From Podarcis vaucheri (lineage: Eukaryota), in the NCBI GenBank assembly GCA_965113315.1, contig OZ220363.1: a DNA stretch of 64,000 bases; one strand, given 5' to 3'. The position numbers and the translations under genes were made by a program. The notes beneath the pieces are model-generated. The model worked only from the letters and a program-made list of their open reading frames with translations, had not been told where the DNA came from and made no database searches. This document shows, piece after piece, positions 1-13,135 of this stretch (position 1 is its first letter; every line of letters starts with the position of its first letter).

Positions 1-160
1 GCGGAGCGGTACCTATTTAACTACTTGCACTTTGACGTGCTTTTGAACTGCTAGGTTGGCAGGAGCAGAGACCAAGCAACGGGAGCTCACCTGTTGCGGG
101 GATTCGAACCGCCGAACTTCTGATTGGCAAGCCCTAGGCTCTGTGGTTTAACCCACAGTG
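1..160 (-). mobile_element. Sauria-type SINE, 5' part (cut by window edge)
   Basis: Reverse complement matches the 5' half of the copy at 25782-26147, including the GGTTCGAATCC B-box. Confidence 0.85.
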
Positions 161-177
161 TGAGATATTTGCTTATC

Positions 178-540
178 AGTTTAAACGGCCTCGGCCCAGT
201 ATACCTGAAGGAGCGTCTCCACCCCCATCGTTCTGCCCGGACGCTGAGGTCCAGCACCGAGGGCCTTCTGGCAGTTCCCTCATTGCGAGAAGCAAAGCTA
301 CAGGGAACCAGGCAGAGGGCCTTTTCGGTAGTGGCGCCCGCCCTGTAGAACACCCTCCCATCAGACGTCAAAGCGATAAACAACTACCTGACATTCAGAA
401 GACATCTTAAGGCAGCCCTGTTCAGGGAAGCTTTTAATGTGTGACATTTTAGTGTATTTTTGGTGTCTGTGGAAGCCGCCCAGAGTGGCTGGGGAAACCT
501 AGCCAGATGGGCGGTGTACAAATAATAAATTATTATTATT
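178..540 (+). mobile_element. L2 LINE 3' end
   Basis: LNGLGPVYLKERL...RAFSVVAPAL peptide typical of the L2 ORF2 C-terminus, followed by 3' UTR and (TAT)n tail. Confidence 0.85.
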
Positions 541-1599
541 AAGCATCTTCCTGTATAAATACCAACTTCCATAACACTTGGAAGTATTTTGTCATTCATT
601 TACCTTTTCAGTTGGCGTAAAGCATTGAACTTTCCCCCTCCTGCAGTCAATTTGTTTTTTATTTCAGAACAGTTGTTTGGTTTTTATTTCAGAACATATA
701 TACTTCTTGGTTGCAATGAAATCTCAATGCAGTTGTAACAAACCCAAACAATAAAGCATTGGTAAAAAAGAGACAGAGAGAGAAAACAGAATTAATTAAA
801 TATTCAACAAATAATGGAAATTACTGAGAAAATACTATATGGTTACCACTTTGTTAAACCATTACATTAAGCCGTTACATTTCACCCTTCTAACATGCAT
901 AGCTTGCTTGCTTTGGATATCTTTCTGGGTGAATACATTCAAGTGTGAAGGTGAGTTAGGAGCCAAATCAGAGGCAGCTGCTCTGTAACCTATGTTGCCA
1001 TGTTTATGCTCGGTTGACTAAATGGGAAATGGTATGGTTTAAGTCCTTTCCTGCATTTCTACTTCACTTCTCTTTCTGTGTGCTTCATCGTGAATTCCTC
1101 TGCAGGCAATGTCATTTCTCCCCTTCTCCCCCTTCCAGGCAGAAAGTGAAAGGGCTAATATGGCAACCGCAAAAAGTTGGGTTAAAAATAACACTGCACA
1201 AAAGAATGGCATGTGGCTGGAAGAGAGGGTGTCATGGAGATTGTATTTCCGCCGTCATATGCTGGTGCCTATTCTGCCCACACCCCATAATAAAAGCAAC
1301 TCTGGAATATCTCTACCCTGTGATACTTGGATATTTTCTAATATTCTTCTTTTGCTTTTTGTCCAACTTTTGCTTAAGTCATAGCTACAATCTGAACAAG
1401 TAGCATATTAATTTACAAGCAGATGTGAACAGATCCTGGGCTTCCTTTGAGGTATTCCTATGTAGCAACTCTCATTCTGAATTGACAAACCGCTTTGAAG
1501 ACTAACCTTGTTGTGCCACATCCTAGTGGACATCAGAGGAAGGGCCTTTTCTGTGGTGCCACCCATACTATATAGATTCACCTTCCTTCTGCCCCTTAG

Positions 1600-2605
1600 G
1601 CAAACATATAAAAGTTATGACGCTGGAAGATGAGCCCCTCAGGTCAGAAGGCATCCAACATGCTACTGAGGAAGAGTAGAGGTCAAGTACAAGTAGATTC
1701 AGAGCCGATGAAGCTGCTTGGCCAAAGCCGAAAGGTCGCTCAGTTGCGGCTATGCCTGGAAACGAAAGGAAAGTCCAATGCTGTAAAGAAAAATATTGCA
1801 TAAGAACCTGGAATGTAAGAATCATGAATCTTGGTAAGTTGGATGTGGTAAAAAATGAGATGGCAAGAATAAATATTGACATCCTGGGCATCAGTGAACT
1901 AAAATGGATGGGAATGGGCAAATTCAGTTCAGATGACCATCATATCTACTACTATGGGCAAGAATTCCTTAAAAGAAATGGAGTGGCCCTCATAGTCAAC
2001 AAAAGAGGGGCAAAAGCTGTACTGGGATGCAATCGAAAAATGATACAATGATATGAATCCAAGGCAGACCTCTTAACATCACAGTAATCCAAGTTTATGC
2101 AGCAACTACTGGTGCTGAAGAAACTGAAATTGACCAATTCTATGAAGACTTACAACACCTTATAGAAGTGACACCAAAGAAGGATGTTCTTCTCATTATA
2201 GGGGATTGGAATGCTAAAGCAGGGAATCAAGAGATAAAAGGAACAACTGGCAAGTTCAAAACGAAGCAGGGCAAAGGCTAATAGAGTTCTGTCAAGAGAA
2301 CAAGCTGGCCATCACAAACACACTTTCCCAACAACACAAGAGACGACTCTACACATGGACATCACCGGATGGGCAGCATCGAAATCAGATTGATTATATT
2401 CTCTGCAGCCAAAGATGGAGAAGTTCTACACAGTCAGCAAAAACAAGACCTGGAGCTGACTGTGGCTCAGATCATCAGCTTCTTATAGCAAAATTCAAGC
2501 CTCAACTGAAAAAAGTAGGAAAAATCACTGGGCCAGTAAGATACAATCTAAATCAAATCCCTTATGAATACACAGTGGAAGTGAGAAACAGGTTTAAGGA
2601 TTTTT
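1600..2605 (+). mobile_element. RTE-BovB LINE fragment, APE endonuclease region, frameshifted
   Basis: CCKEKYCIRTWNVR.MN.GKLDVVKNEMARINIDILGISELKW, IIGDWNAK and NQIDYILC motifs. Confidence 0.92.
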
Positions 2606-2685
2606 GAGTACAAATGGAGACGATGATTAGGAAAGCTGTATGTGTGGATCTCTGGGTGTAAAAGGAGTTGGTCAAATTCTTGGAG

Positions 2686-2898
2686 GCCAAGGCTTTCAGT
2701 GGCTACTAGTCATGATGGTTATATGCCACCTTTGGGTTCTAAGGCTGCAATGCCTCTGAATACCGGTTGCTTGGGAGCAACAACAGGAGATGGCCCCTGC
2801 TTTGGGGCTTCTAAGGGGCATCTGATTTCCCACATTTCATGGAAAGCATTGCTGGACTAGATAAGCCTTTTGCCTGATCAACGCTCTTGTGTTCTTAA
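2686..2898 (+). mobile_element. Degenerate CR1-like 3' UTR
   Basis: ggctactagtcatgatgg...gctggactagat...cctgatca...ttctta pattern. Confidence 0.55.
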
Positions 2899-3834
2899 AC
2901 AGTGATGCCTTGTTCCTTAACATAGCTTTTGACCACTTCTATTTATTTCCAAAGAGCTTTTGTGGAGTGTCTCACAAGCACCACCCAATTGAACGGAAGC
3001 TTTAGAGAAGCACTGCTTGTTGGAATACAAACACAAAAAGGTCTCAGTTGGACCTGACAAAGTAATTATTCAAATGATTACATGTGTGAAAGTGCTGGAG
3101 GAATTGCACTGTTAAAAGTGGGCTAAAGCAAACTTGTTTGACATTTATGATGGCAGTAAAAATACCCTTGCATTTCCCTGCAAAATTGTAAAATAAATAA
3201 ATAAATACTTGTGGTTTTTAGTAGTGTGTCCCTGAAAAGATGGTGACACCTAATGGTTTGTAGGGGCAATTGCAGGTAGCTAGTTTGGATTTGCTATCTT
3301 CAATTTTTTCCATAAGACTGAAATTATCTTTGGCATATCCACCCTGAGATTACTATAATTATTGAGTGATTATGATAGGTAAACAAAAATAAAGAGTAAT
3401 GTTGAGTTGCAGCGGGGGTGGGGGGCAGGGGGGGCAGATCTAAAAATGGGGGTGCAAAATTACATAAGTTAAGTAAAAAGTTCCTTCAGCAAGTTACTCG
3501 CGTTTTGAATAACATTTCTGGAAAACTTTTTGAAACTTAGTAGCTTTGTTTTGGAGTTTGCCCAATTTTGTTCCATTTTCAGGTCATCGTTTGGTTTTGT
3601 ATGTTTTCAGTGTGCTGTTTTAACAGGTCATAACTGTGCTGGGCAGCATTCAATTATGTCTGTTGGTGAGTGGAATGGATTATAACGCTGTAAGGATTGG
3701 TCAGATAGGATAATTTTGGCCTTACTTCCCATCCCCTGTGAATGTTACCATTATTGTATCTTGCATGTAAATAACTTATAAGTAACTGGTTCCTCCTAAA
3801 TTGCTTTTTCGGGTTTTTTTTTGTTTTCTTTTAG

Positions 3835-4049
3835 GTACCAAAGCAGCTGCGGAATATACAAATGGCGTCTATGACATGGTGTCACCTGCTCAGTCAGTAT
3901 ATTTCGGCACACTACAGATTCTTCATCTTCTGGAAGACTTGAAGCTGGCATTAGAAATGGTCAAGGATCCACAAGAGAGAGAAGCTTTGCGGAATCAGAT
4001 CCCAGGGACTACAGCAGCATGCATACACGCCTGGCTGGAAGAAAATCTG
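3835..4049 (+). CDS. PPFIBP2: Liprin-beta-2 coding exon (GTKAAAEY...AWLEENL), phase 1 to 0
   Basis: Pyrimidine tract + TTAG acceptor at 3831-3834; GTAAGG donor at 4050. 215 nt. LHLLEDLKLALEM...LRNQIPGTTAACI matches the liprin-beta N-terminal region as I recall it. Confidence 0.95.
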
Positions 4050-4602
4050 GTAAGGAGAAACTCAGTGTGTTTCCATATTATATTGAGAGACTAAAGACTT
4101 GTGCACTGAAATAAGCAGCCAGCTAACCAGCAGATAGGAGTTCCTTTGTACAGGTGCTACTGGCCTTTAAGAGAGATCATAGTGCATTGGTTTTCCTAGG
4201 TTCAAACCATGATAGCTCTAGTTGAAGAATTCCAGTTTGCAGGGCTTATTTATAAAAAAAAGATTATGCCACTTAATATAATAAGGAACTTTTAGGAGTT
4301 TACTTAAAAATACAACAGTCAATAAGATTTCCCAAAAAGTAAAACACAATTTTATATTGCACGTAAAAGTGATTAGTGTACAAAACAGAGGATTAAACAT
4401 TAAGAGTCCATGGGTGGAATTCAACAGTGAGCTAATGCTAATGTTCTGTCAGCACAATTCTGCTTGCCAAATAGAACAAGCGCCTCTCCCCCTGGAGCAC
4501 ATATGTAAAGTTGAATGTTGCGCTAAGAATCCTAGCAGCAACATTTTACAACAGCTGTGCTGCCAAACCAGGTGCAAGAGTAACCCCACCTATATCCCCA
4601 TA

Positions 4603-4959
4603 AAGGTAAAGGTACCCCTGCCCGTACGGGCCAGTCTTGACAGATTCTAGGGTTGTGCGCTCATCTCACTCTAGAGGCCGGGAGCCAGCGCTGTCCGCAG
4701 ACACTTCCGGGTCACGTGGCCAGCGTGACGAAGCTGCATCTGGCGAGCCAGCGCAGCACACGGAACGCCGTTTACCTTCCCGCTAGTAAGTGGTCCCTAT
4801 TTATCTACTTGCACCCGGGAGTGCTTTCAAACTGCTAGGTTGGCAGGCGCTGGGACCGAGCGATGGGAGTGCACCCCGCCGCGGGGATTCGAACCGCCGA
4901 CCTTTCAATCGGCAAGTCCTAGGCGCTGAGGCTTTTACCCACAGCGCCACCCGCGTCCC
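4603..4959 (-). mobile_element. Full-length Sauria-type SINE with TSD
   Basis: (ACCTTT)n tail, CpG-rich body, TSD TATATCCCCATA at 4591-4602 and 4960-4971. Confidence 0.93.
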
Positions 4960-5438
4960 TATATCCCCATACAGTAGTCTTAATTGTGAGGTTACTGTAG
5001 CAAGGCTATCCCTGTCAAGGTGTGGGCATAGGTGTGCACCAGCTGAAGTTGGCAATGGGCACTGTGAACCACTGAAATCACCTGAGCCTTTAGTGTCAGC
5101 AATGAATCTAGGAGCACCCCCAAAACTATGCACGTGCTCTTTCAGATAGATTGCAACCCCGTCCAGAGCTGGTATATAAACCGAAGTCCTAGATCAACCA
5201 TCCGTAAGGTCAGAATTCCATTGCAGCTATTAGCCCCCATCCAGCCCATGACTTCAACCAGGTACCAGTTTAGGACATAGATGGCCTCTGCTTATTTAGA
5301 TGTTGCAGAGAGATCATCAGCATCCTGGTGGCACCTTGCTCTGAACCTCCTTATCATCATCATCATCCCCAGTGGGCTTTGCATAACATTGAGGACAAAA
5401 TCATTCCTGCGGACAAACTGCCATGGACCTGACCTATA

Positions 5439-5680
5439 CAGTGGTACCTCAGGTTAAGAACTTAATTCTTTCTGGAGGTCCATTCTTAACCTGAAACTGT
5501 TCTTAACCTGAGGTACCACTTTAGCTAATGGGGCGTCCTGCTGCCGCCCCACCGCCGGAGAACGATTTCTGTTCTCCCCCTGAAGCAAAGTTCTTAACCC
5601 GAGGTACTGTTTCTGGGTTAGCAGTGTCTGTAACCTGAAGCATCTATAACCTGAAACGTCTGTAACCCGAGGTACCACTG
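5439..5680. mobile_element. Tc1/mariner (Tigger-like) MITE
   Basis: TIRs CAGTGGTACCTC...GAGGTACCACTG with TA on both sides. Confidence 0.9.
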
Positions 5681-8600
5681 TAATAGTCTCTGGATCAGGC
5701 CCCATAAGTAGGAGTGAAACAGTAGGAGTGGTCCATGGAGATAGTCCAGGAGGAAGTCAAAACTTCCTGGCAGGAGTAGACATGGTATCAGCAGATGGGG
5801 AGTTATGCACAGTCTCAAAGAACACTCTGCTCACCCACTTTGTGACTTCTGAAGTAGAAGAAGCACCTGATTTTAGGATGATATAAGGAGTGTGACACTT
5901 CCACTTGCCCACCGCTGATTTCCCAACAGCTCCTTTTCCTCCCAGCCAGGCTTCCTTCCTGTATCCGAAGGCAGATGAAGGGAGAAGAGTGTTCAAAGGA
6001 AGGCTAAGGGGAAATGAGTCATGGGTATGGTGAGATTTCTGCATTTGCCACCTGTCCCTTTTACTGACAGCCCCCCCCCCACTTTCTGTGTGATTGTGCT
6101 AGAGGCGGGTCTGACTTTAACAGACAGATCTGCTTTGAGCATAGCGTAGCTCAAAGACTTTCAGAAATTGTTGCCACTCAGAGTAGGCAACATAGGATTG
6201 GATGGACTGATAAAACATAAGGTAGCACTGCGACATTGACCAATGGCAGGTTTGCAAAATATGTGTATGGAGTCAGCCAATTCTGAACATGATGGTTGAT
6301 AGTGACATAGCACCAACAACAAACTGTGCAAAAGCAGTTTTGTGAATTTGGCCTCCGACCTAGTTTGGGAAAGAGTTCCTAGAATGCCAAGGAGACTTTG
6401 TCTTGCAGGTTAATGTGTCCTGTCGCTTTGGAACAAGTTAATGTGTACTAGGACTATGGAACACTTTCAGGTTGTTTGTTAGCAAAGTGACCTGGCTTCA
6501 GATTGCATGCCTCCAAGGTATTGTATCACAATTAGCAACATAGCACTGGAAACTGGAGACTGATGCAGATTTCTAAACATTTCACTTTGAATGGGCTGTC
6601 TGTCTCATCAAGTTGGCTCTTACCGTTCAGGATTTTGCCGTCTAAAATAGGACAGTTTGTCTAAAGAAGCTAGATGGCTATACATGGAAGGTCCACCCCA
6701 TAGTGGGGATCTGAAAATTTGCCATATGGTACAAGTCTAGCAGTGCATGTACTATGTTTTTAAAAATAGTTATTTATGTTAGATAGCCTTGAAGCATAAA
6801 TCTTAAGAGTCTTAGTATCTTAATTTTTTTCAGTGTTTCCTCTGTAGTAGTCTTATTATTAATTACAGACATAAAGGTAGGAAACGGGTATTTTATTTGA
6901 CAGCAGATTTGTTTTGTAATAATCTTACAAGTAAATGAATGCATACGCTGCTAGGAGCTTCCTGTACAGGAAATTGCCCAATATTGAGAAACCACAACAC
7001 TTCTTTTTCTCTCTTCTTAATTAATATATGTCAAGTCATGCTAGTTTTGGCTCTCGGTTGTTAAGCATGATTGACTTCATGCACAATTGGCTTCACTATT
7101 TTTCATTCTGTGCTAATATTCATTCTATGCTAACTTCTGCTTAGCTCCTTGTGAAGCGTGCTCTGGTTGACAAATACCAGGGTTAACATTATTTGATACA
7201 ATTTGCCCCCAAATGGAAAATTAATCTTTAAAACTCTAAATATTTATACATAAACCTTTGCTGAGATTACCTTTATCCTCATATATACGCAATATGACAG
7301 AATTATCTTTTGGGTGTTAATAAAATGGATTTCTGTACAGGAATTGTAAGGTAGCTCCAAATACGTTTCCCAGATGTTTCCTATCAATCAAGGTTCTGGT
7401 TAGTTTCCTGCATCCACTTCTACAGCTTGAAAAACAAACAAACTTGGAATTCAGTATTAGTGGTTAAGAAGTTTTCCTTCCCAGCTCTTTTTATACATTC
7501 ATCCAACCGCTACATGTTTAGGGGGAGAATGGAAATAGCACCTTTCCATCTGTACCTTTCATCTGTAGGTCATTAGTTCAAATGTGGTGACAAGCTAGCA
7601 GTCTGAAAACCACTGCAATCTGTTTAGTTAGCAAGCGATCTGGAGGTCAAGGTTTCCAGTTGCATTCTTTGTGTTGCATTACGGTTCTTTAAAACTCAAA
7701 CAGCCTAACTGGCATCCATTGTTCATCTGAATTAGAAATATGACGTACTTAACTTTGTATCTTTAGCAAATATATAGTTCTATCCCATTAATGATTGTGT
7801 CTGTGGTGAAAGGTGGGCAATACAACAGCTTCCTGCCCTACAGACTGTGGCTCTGCTATTGATTACTCATTCAATGTCCTCAGTTTCTCCTTTTGAGTTC
7901 AGTGATCGTAAACTGATACTTCCTGATTAGGCCATGTCGTCTTTCTACAGTCAATGTGTGCTTCTCATCTGACACAAATCCCTTCAAAGCCAATGTGAAG
8001 GTGTGCTTTGATGAAAGCGATTCAAGAGAGACTCCACTTCAAGGTTTAGTCCACTTTAAGGTTTTGCACTACATGTGTTGTCATCCTTTGTTGTTGTTCT
8101 AAGTCAAGTTATTGTTGCCAGAACGTCTGCTTTGCAAGTAAAATTTCCCTTGTGCGGCTCTGTTTTTGTCAGGCTTAAGAACAAACATTCAGGTACCCAT
8201 TTCATTCAATCATTCTTCTTCTCACAGAACACAACCCCTCTCCCTTTTTTCTCCATCAGAAAGCAGTTGTGTATGTTTTGGAGTTGGTCCAAATCCTGAT
8301 GTTCCCAGAGTCTCTGTGATCTGTTGAAAAAAATTGTAATACACATATGAAGTGCCCTTAGGAAAGAAACATGCCTCCTTAGATCTTAACATACAATAAA
8401 GTCCAATTCACTGGCTTTGAAGAAAGCAATCTTTGTCTTACTTGATACATCCCTTTCAGTAAAAGAATGTCAGTAATGAAAATATGAGTGTTCAGTTTGT
8501 TGTCCCTTCTTCTTGCAAGTGTTGGAATTGAGGTATTGAATCTAGAGTTCATACGCTGTGCAAATAAACCTTGTCTGGGAGGAAAGTACAACTTGCTTCT

Positions 8601-9919
8601 AACCTCACTGCCCAGCCCACCACAGATTGGCACTTCTACCAAAAGCGAAAAATGGCTTGCCTGCTTAAATTACAGGCCAGTCCATATTGTCAAAGGCAAT
8701 TTTGGCGTCTGAGCCTTTTTTTTAAAGGCGGGTTGGATGTAGGGTTGTCTCCTGACTAACCTTTTCATGGAGAGAAGACCTCCTTCCATTTATGGACAGT
8801 ACTGCTATCCAGCAGAGGCTTCCCCTGGAGAAAGGATCCAGTGGAATCCCAATCCCCCCCTTTCTCCTGCAGCCTCCAGTACCAAGGTCCCAACCCTCCA
8901 AAGCAGATTTTTCAGGAGCCACAGGAAGTTGCAGGGAGAAGGAAGAATGGACAAAAGTCCCCTCTTTTCCCTGACAATGGCAGTATCCCAAGAACAAAGT
9001 TACATACAGGGGATTTTGGAACAAAGCTCTACATTTCGGGAGTCTAGCCTAAAGCTTTGCCAAATCGATTTGTCCAGTTACCAGTCTTTTGAGTTTAAGT
9101 AGGTTAGGCATTTGAGGAGTCTCGTGAACATCTGTAGTTCAAATGTTACTGAACTACAACTCCCATCACACCTGCCTGTTGGTCATGCATACCTGGGGCA
9201 GACAACCACCTTCAGTGGGTCACAAGTTCCCCTATCCCTATTTTTAATGATGTTCATATTCATTAACTTATTGCAAGCTGCTTTGTGAAGGCTTGTATTA
9301 AGATGGGATGTGTAAGTAAATAGACATGTAAGTAAATAAATGTCAGTAAATAAACAATGCAGAGAGGTGCTGGATCTTCCAAAAAATAAAATAAAAGATC
9401 TAGAATTAAAAACCTACTGTGGATGTAATCTTGTTGGTCTGGTTTCTGTTTGATGGAATGAGGGGGGAAATGAAATGTTTCTTTTACAAAATATGGAGGA
9501 CTGGGTGCACAGCATTTATTTCAAACAGCAATCTGGGTAACTGTGCCAAATAGTTTTCCTTCCGAACAAGAGTAGGAAGTTGACGGTATCTGTTTATGCA
9601 ACACTTTGAGCTATATTGTAATGTTGTATGGCATTGAAGTATTAAGTCATTGTATCCATATGTATTCATATGTGAAAACACTGTCTGTGTCTCTGTTTCT
9701 GTGTGTGTGCTCACTAAATAACACTTATCTCTGGGAATACTTTAGGCTTCGAAACAACAGAACACAAACTGAAATAATTATTGGTTACTTGCTGATATTG
9801 GATACAATGACATAATTATTTGCTAAATATTTTAGCAGTGAGGGATCACAAAGTGGGTAGTAATCTTAACATTAAAAATTATACACTAAACCATTCTTGG
9901 CATGATCTGCTGAACTATA

Positions 9920-10619
9920 CACTAGTGGAAACTTTTGGGGAAAGTTGTATTTCTAAGGTTTGATGGCTCATAACAGCAGTCCTTTTTAGAATAACACCAC
10001 AAAATAATACCATAAAATTATATACCATTAGAAAGATAATTTAATGCAGAATATGATGCAACAAACTCTGCCGAAGTATCTTTATTCTATCAAATGTTAT
10101 AGCCTAATAACTCAAAAAAGAAAGCATAGCTGCCTTATGTAAGAAGTGGATTTCCATAACTGAAAACTGACCTAGAACAAACAGTGAAAAACGTTGGCTG
10201 GTCATCTAGAAAGCGATGTAACAGCTAACCTGAATCCAGAAAAATCTGTGAATCTGATTAAAGAAGCAACCAAGGAATAAAGCACAATTGACAGATGCAA
10301 AATCCTTGGTTCACTCCTTGGGACACCATTGTAGGGCTGTAATTGCGGCAAAAGATATCCATACAAAGTACTAACAGAAATTATGAGAAGCTATGCAATA
10401 CTCTTTATCATGGTTTTCTGTGTATAACTTCTTTATTTGGCTATAACTTTTGATAAAATAAAGATAATTAAACAGTTTGTTGCATTATATCCTGTATTAA
10501 ATTATATTTCTAGTGATATTTAATTTCATAGTATTATTCTAAATAAGAGATGTTATTAGCCATCAAACTTCAAAAATATAAATTTTCTTAAAGGTTTCCA
10601 CAGTTTTGGCCATTAGCGT
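9920..10619. mobile_element. Degenerate TIR DNA transposon derivative (Tc1-like ends)
   Basis: ~55-bp imperfect inverted termini: gtggaaacttttggggaaagttgtatttctaaggtttgatggctcataaca versus tgttattagccatcaaacttcaaaaatataaattttcttaaaggtttccac. Confidence 0.65.
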
Positions 10620-11734
10620 TTATACTTTGTTACTATTCCTCCACCTGACTTTACATTTCTCAATGTTGACTTTTCGGTCTTAATGAAGGATTTACAGCTA
10701 CCACTGCTACTCTGAAAATGTATTTAGATGTGCACTATGAATACTTCTACAACTTTGAGGGGAGAGGGAGATTTGGTATTGGTATTTATTTTGTAAGTTT
10801 TTAAAAAATGATGAGGATACAGTGCTCTAGTTCTACCGGCACTGAAGAATGGAAAAAATCCTTCTTAAATATCTTACTACTAAATAAATGACAATAGTTT
10901 TTGACTTTCCTTACAATTAAGGATTTGCTTTGGAGCAAATCACTGAATCACCTTGAAGCATCAATTGCTTGATCTTGGTATTGACATAATATGATACATG
11001 GCTTTAATTTTGCAAATGTTGATGCTGCATTCTTAAAGGCAGCATTGATAAAATACCTTAAAACTCCTCTTGAAAGTATAGCTAAGAAGAAAGATTTGGA
11101 TCAGAATTATGTTTGCATAAGAAGATGTAGTAGAATATCCTCTCACCCCCAATTCCAGAGTGATCTTTAGTTTGAATACTTTTTTAAAAATTTATTTTAA
11201 AAAAAGACGCAAAAAGCCATTCCTGGAAGTATTCTGAATGTTGAAGTGAGCTATGTAATTATATACTAATCTTACTGTCAGTGCCAAAAATATAATGTAT
11301 AGTTAAACTGGCCAATATACCAACCTATAATTTGGGCAGGAATCTTGCATTTCTAGTGTTTCTGAACAAAAATGCATAAAACTACAGAATATTATTTAGG
11401 GCCCAATTATTAAGAAAGTGGTGTCTCTCTACTTATTTCCCTTTGTGTCATTGCTTCTCTTTCTTCTACAATTACTTGTAAATAGAAGGGGAAGTGTGTT
11501 ATGGGAAGTGGTCGGAGCTGCAGAAACTTTTGGAGACAGTGATGATTGGTGCACAAGGCCTCAGATTGACTTGGAAAAATTATTTTGAGTTCCTCCATTT
11601 TTTGGGGGGGGGATGTCCAAGTTAATCTGTGGAGAGTTTGCTCATTTCTACTCTGGTTTGGCTTCCAATGTGCTCAGTGATATCAACATATGTTCCAATC
11701 AGATTTAGTGATATAACGATGAGCAGGTTTGCAC

Positions 11735-12320
11735 ATAAGGCTAGCCAAACCATGGCTAAGAGTGAGTTCATGGGGTTCCCAAAGAAGAGATTGTTGTCAT
11801 TGCACACCTGCTGCTTGGCTTAGTGGGTTGTCCAAACCTGGGCTCATGATTTGTCTCCCTTCAGATGAACCATGAGCTGCATTCAAGTGTTCTTTGTTTA
11901 GAGCCAGTGTGGTGTAGTGGTTAAGAGCGGTGGTCTCGTAATCTGGGGAACCGGGTTCGCGTCTCCGCTCCTCCACCTGCAGCTGCTGGGTGACCTTGGG
12001 CCAGTCACACTTCTCTGAAGTCTCTCAGCCCCACTCACCTCACAGAGTGTTTGTTGTGGGGGAGGAAGGGAAAGGAGATTGTTAGCCGCTTTGAGACTCC
12101 TGAAGGGGAGTGAAAGGCGGGATATCAAATCCAAACTCTTCTTCTTCTTCACAGCTCATGGTTTGTCTAGACAAAGCACAAGCCGTGGTTTGGACAACAT
12201 GCTAAGTCAAACCATGGCTTAGCTTGCAACGATGCAGCAGCAGGACTGGGGAGGAGGACAGCAGCTACAAGGAGACCCACATGTTAAGCCATGATTTGAC
12301 TGGGCACTACATGCAAACCA
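11735..12320. repeat. Palindromic non-autonomous element surrounding the SINE
   Basis: Inverted arms such as gaaccatgagctg / cagctcatggttt and gttgtccaaacc / ggtttggacaac. Related motifs recur near 46470-46630, 49805 and 52990. Confidence 0.6.
11900..12150 (+). mobile_element. tRNA-derived CORE/MIR-like SINE (Squam3-like) with (CTT)n tail
   Basis: A-box TGGTGTAGTGG, B-box GGTTCGCGTCTCC, core gctgggtgaccttgggccagtcac, tail aaactcttcttcttcttc. Confidence 0.85.
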
Positions 12321-13099
12321 GTTCATTGTCTTGCACTCAAATGTTTCTAGAATGAAAATTACCAAGGAAAAAAATAGTGCTGAAATTGTACTCTTGTTGT
12401 GCAGCAATGCACTGGCACAAAAATAAAATCTTTGGGGCATTTTTTAAAAAATGTATAGAAACTCGCATCCTGAAATATTTTTTTCATGCTGGAAATATTT
12501 TTAGCCCTATAATCATAACCAATGGACACATTTTTAACTTCAGGTGAAATTTGTAACTGAAAAGTAGCACATTTTTTTTAGTGATGTGGATTTCATTTAT
12601 TCTATATAAAAAAAGTAATATCTTGGTATTTCTAGTTACTGCAGACCTGACTTTCTGACCTAAATAAATAGTAGAGATCCTCAAATTGTGGCCTGAACAC
12701 CATGACTTTATCCTTGCCTATAGCCAGAGGCAGGTACCATTTACTGCTACAGCTTCTGAGAAGACAGAGTGGTGTATTGAGAGTAGTGGTGTTCAGTGAC
12801 AACACACATTAGATATCCCAAAATCTACTGCACCTGCTAGGGGAACTCTGTTTTTCATTCAGGATATGCAACCTGAGTCTAGTTTAATCATGCAGGCTTG
12901 GAAAGGGAAAAAAGGAAGACAGGACAAAATAAGCTGTAATAGGGCTTGCAATTAAAACATCATATGCGTTTAAATATGTTCTCGTTTACAAGTAGTGAAA
13001 CACGAGGCACTGTATTTCTAGTTTGGTAGTGTTTTATGCAAATCTCTGATAGTGGTTTTTCATTGTTCTGCACCCAGAACCGCTTAAAGAAAGGGTGTG

Positions 13100-13102
<3 letters not shown>

Positions 13103-13134
<32 letters not shown>
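13103..13134 (+). repeat. (GT)n microsatellite
   Basis: Read directly from the sequence. Confidence 0.95.

Positions 13135-13135
<1 letters not shown>

Larger units (their letters stand above)
4530..5880 (-). mobile_element. Old L2 LINE RT remnant interrupted by a SINE and a MITE
   Basis: Minus-strand peptides FHSYLWG.IQR, CHQDADD (cf. CHQYADD), LNWYLVEVMGWMGAN, LDGVA..KEHV.S.G and PHLDRDSLATVT, in collinear order. Confidence 0.75.

Noticed and set aside
656-696. Short direct duplications (also near 17949-17981 and 32816-32860)
   Set aside because: Ordinary slippage-type micro-duplications with no further structure.
3413-3435. G-run cluster (possible G-quadruplex); a similar (CCCCTG)n tract lies near 15384-15403
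   Set aside because: Short and common in vertebrate introns, with no linked feature.
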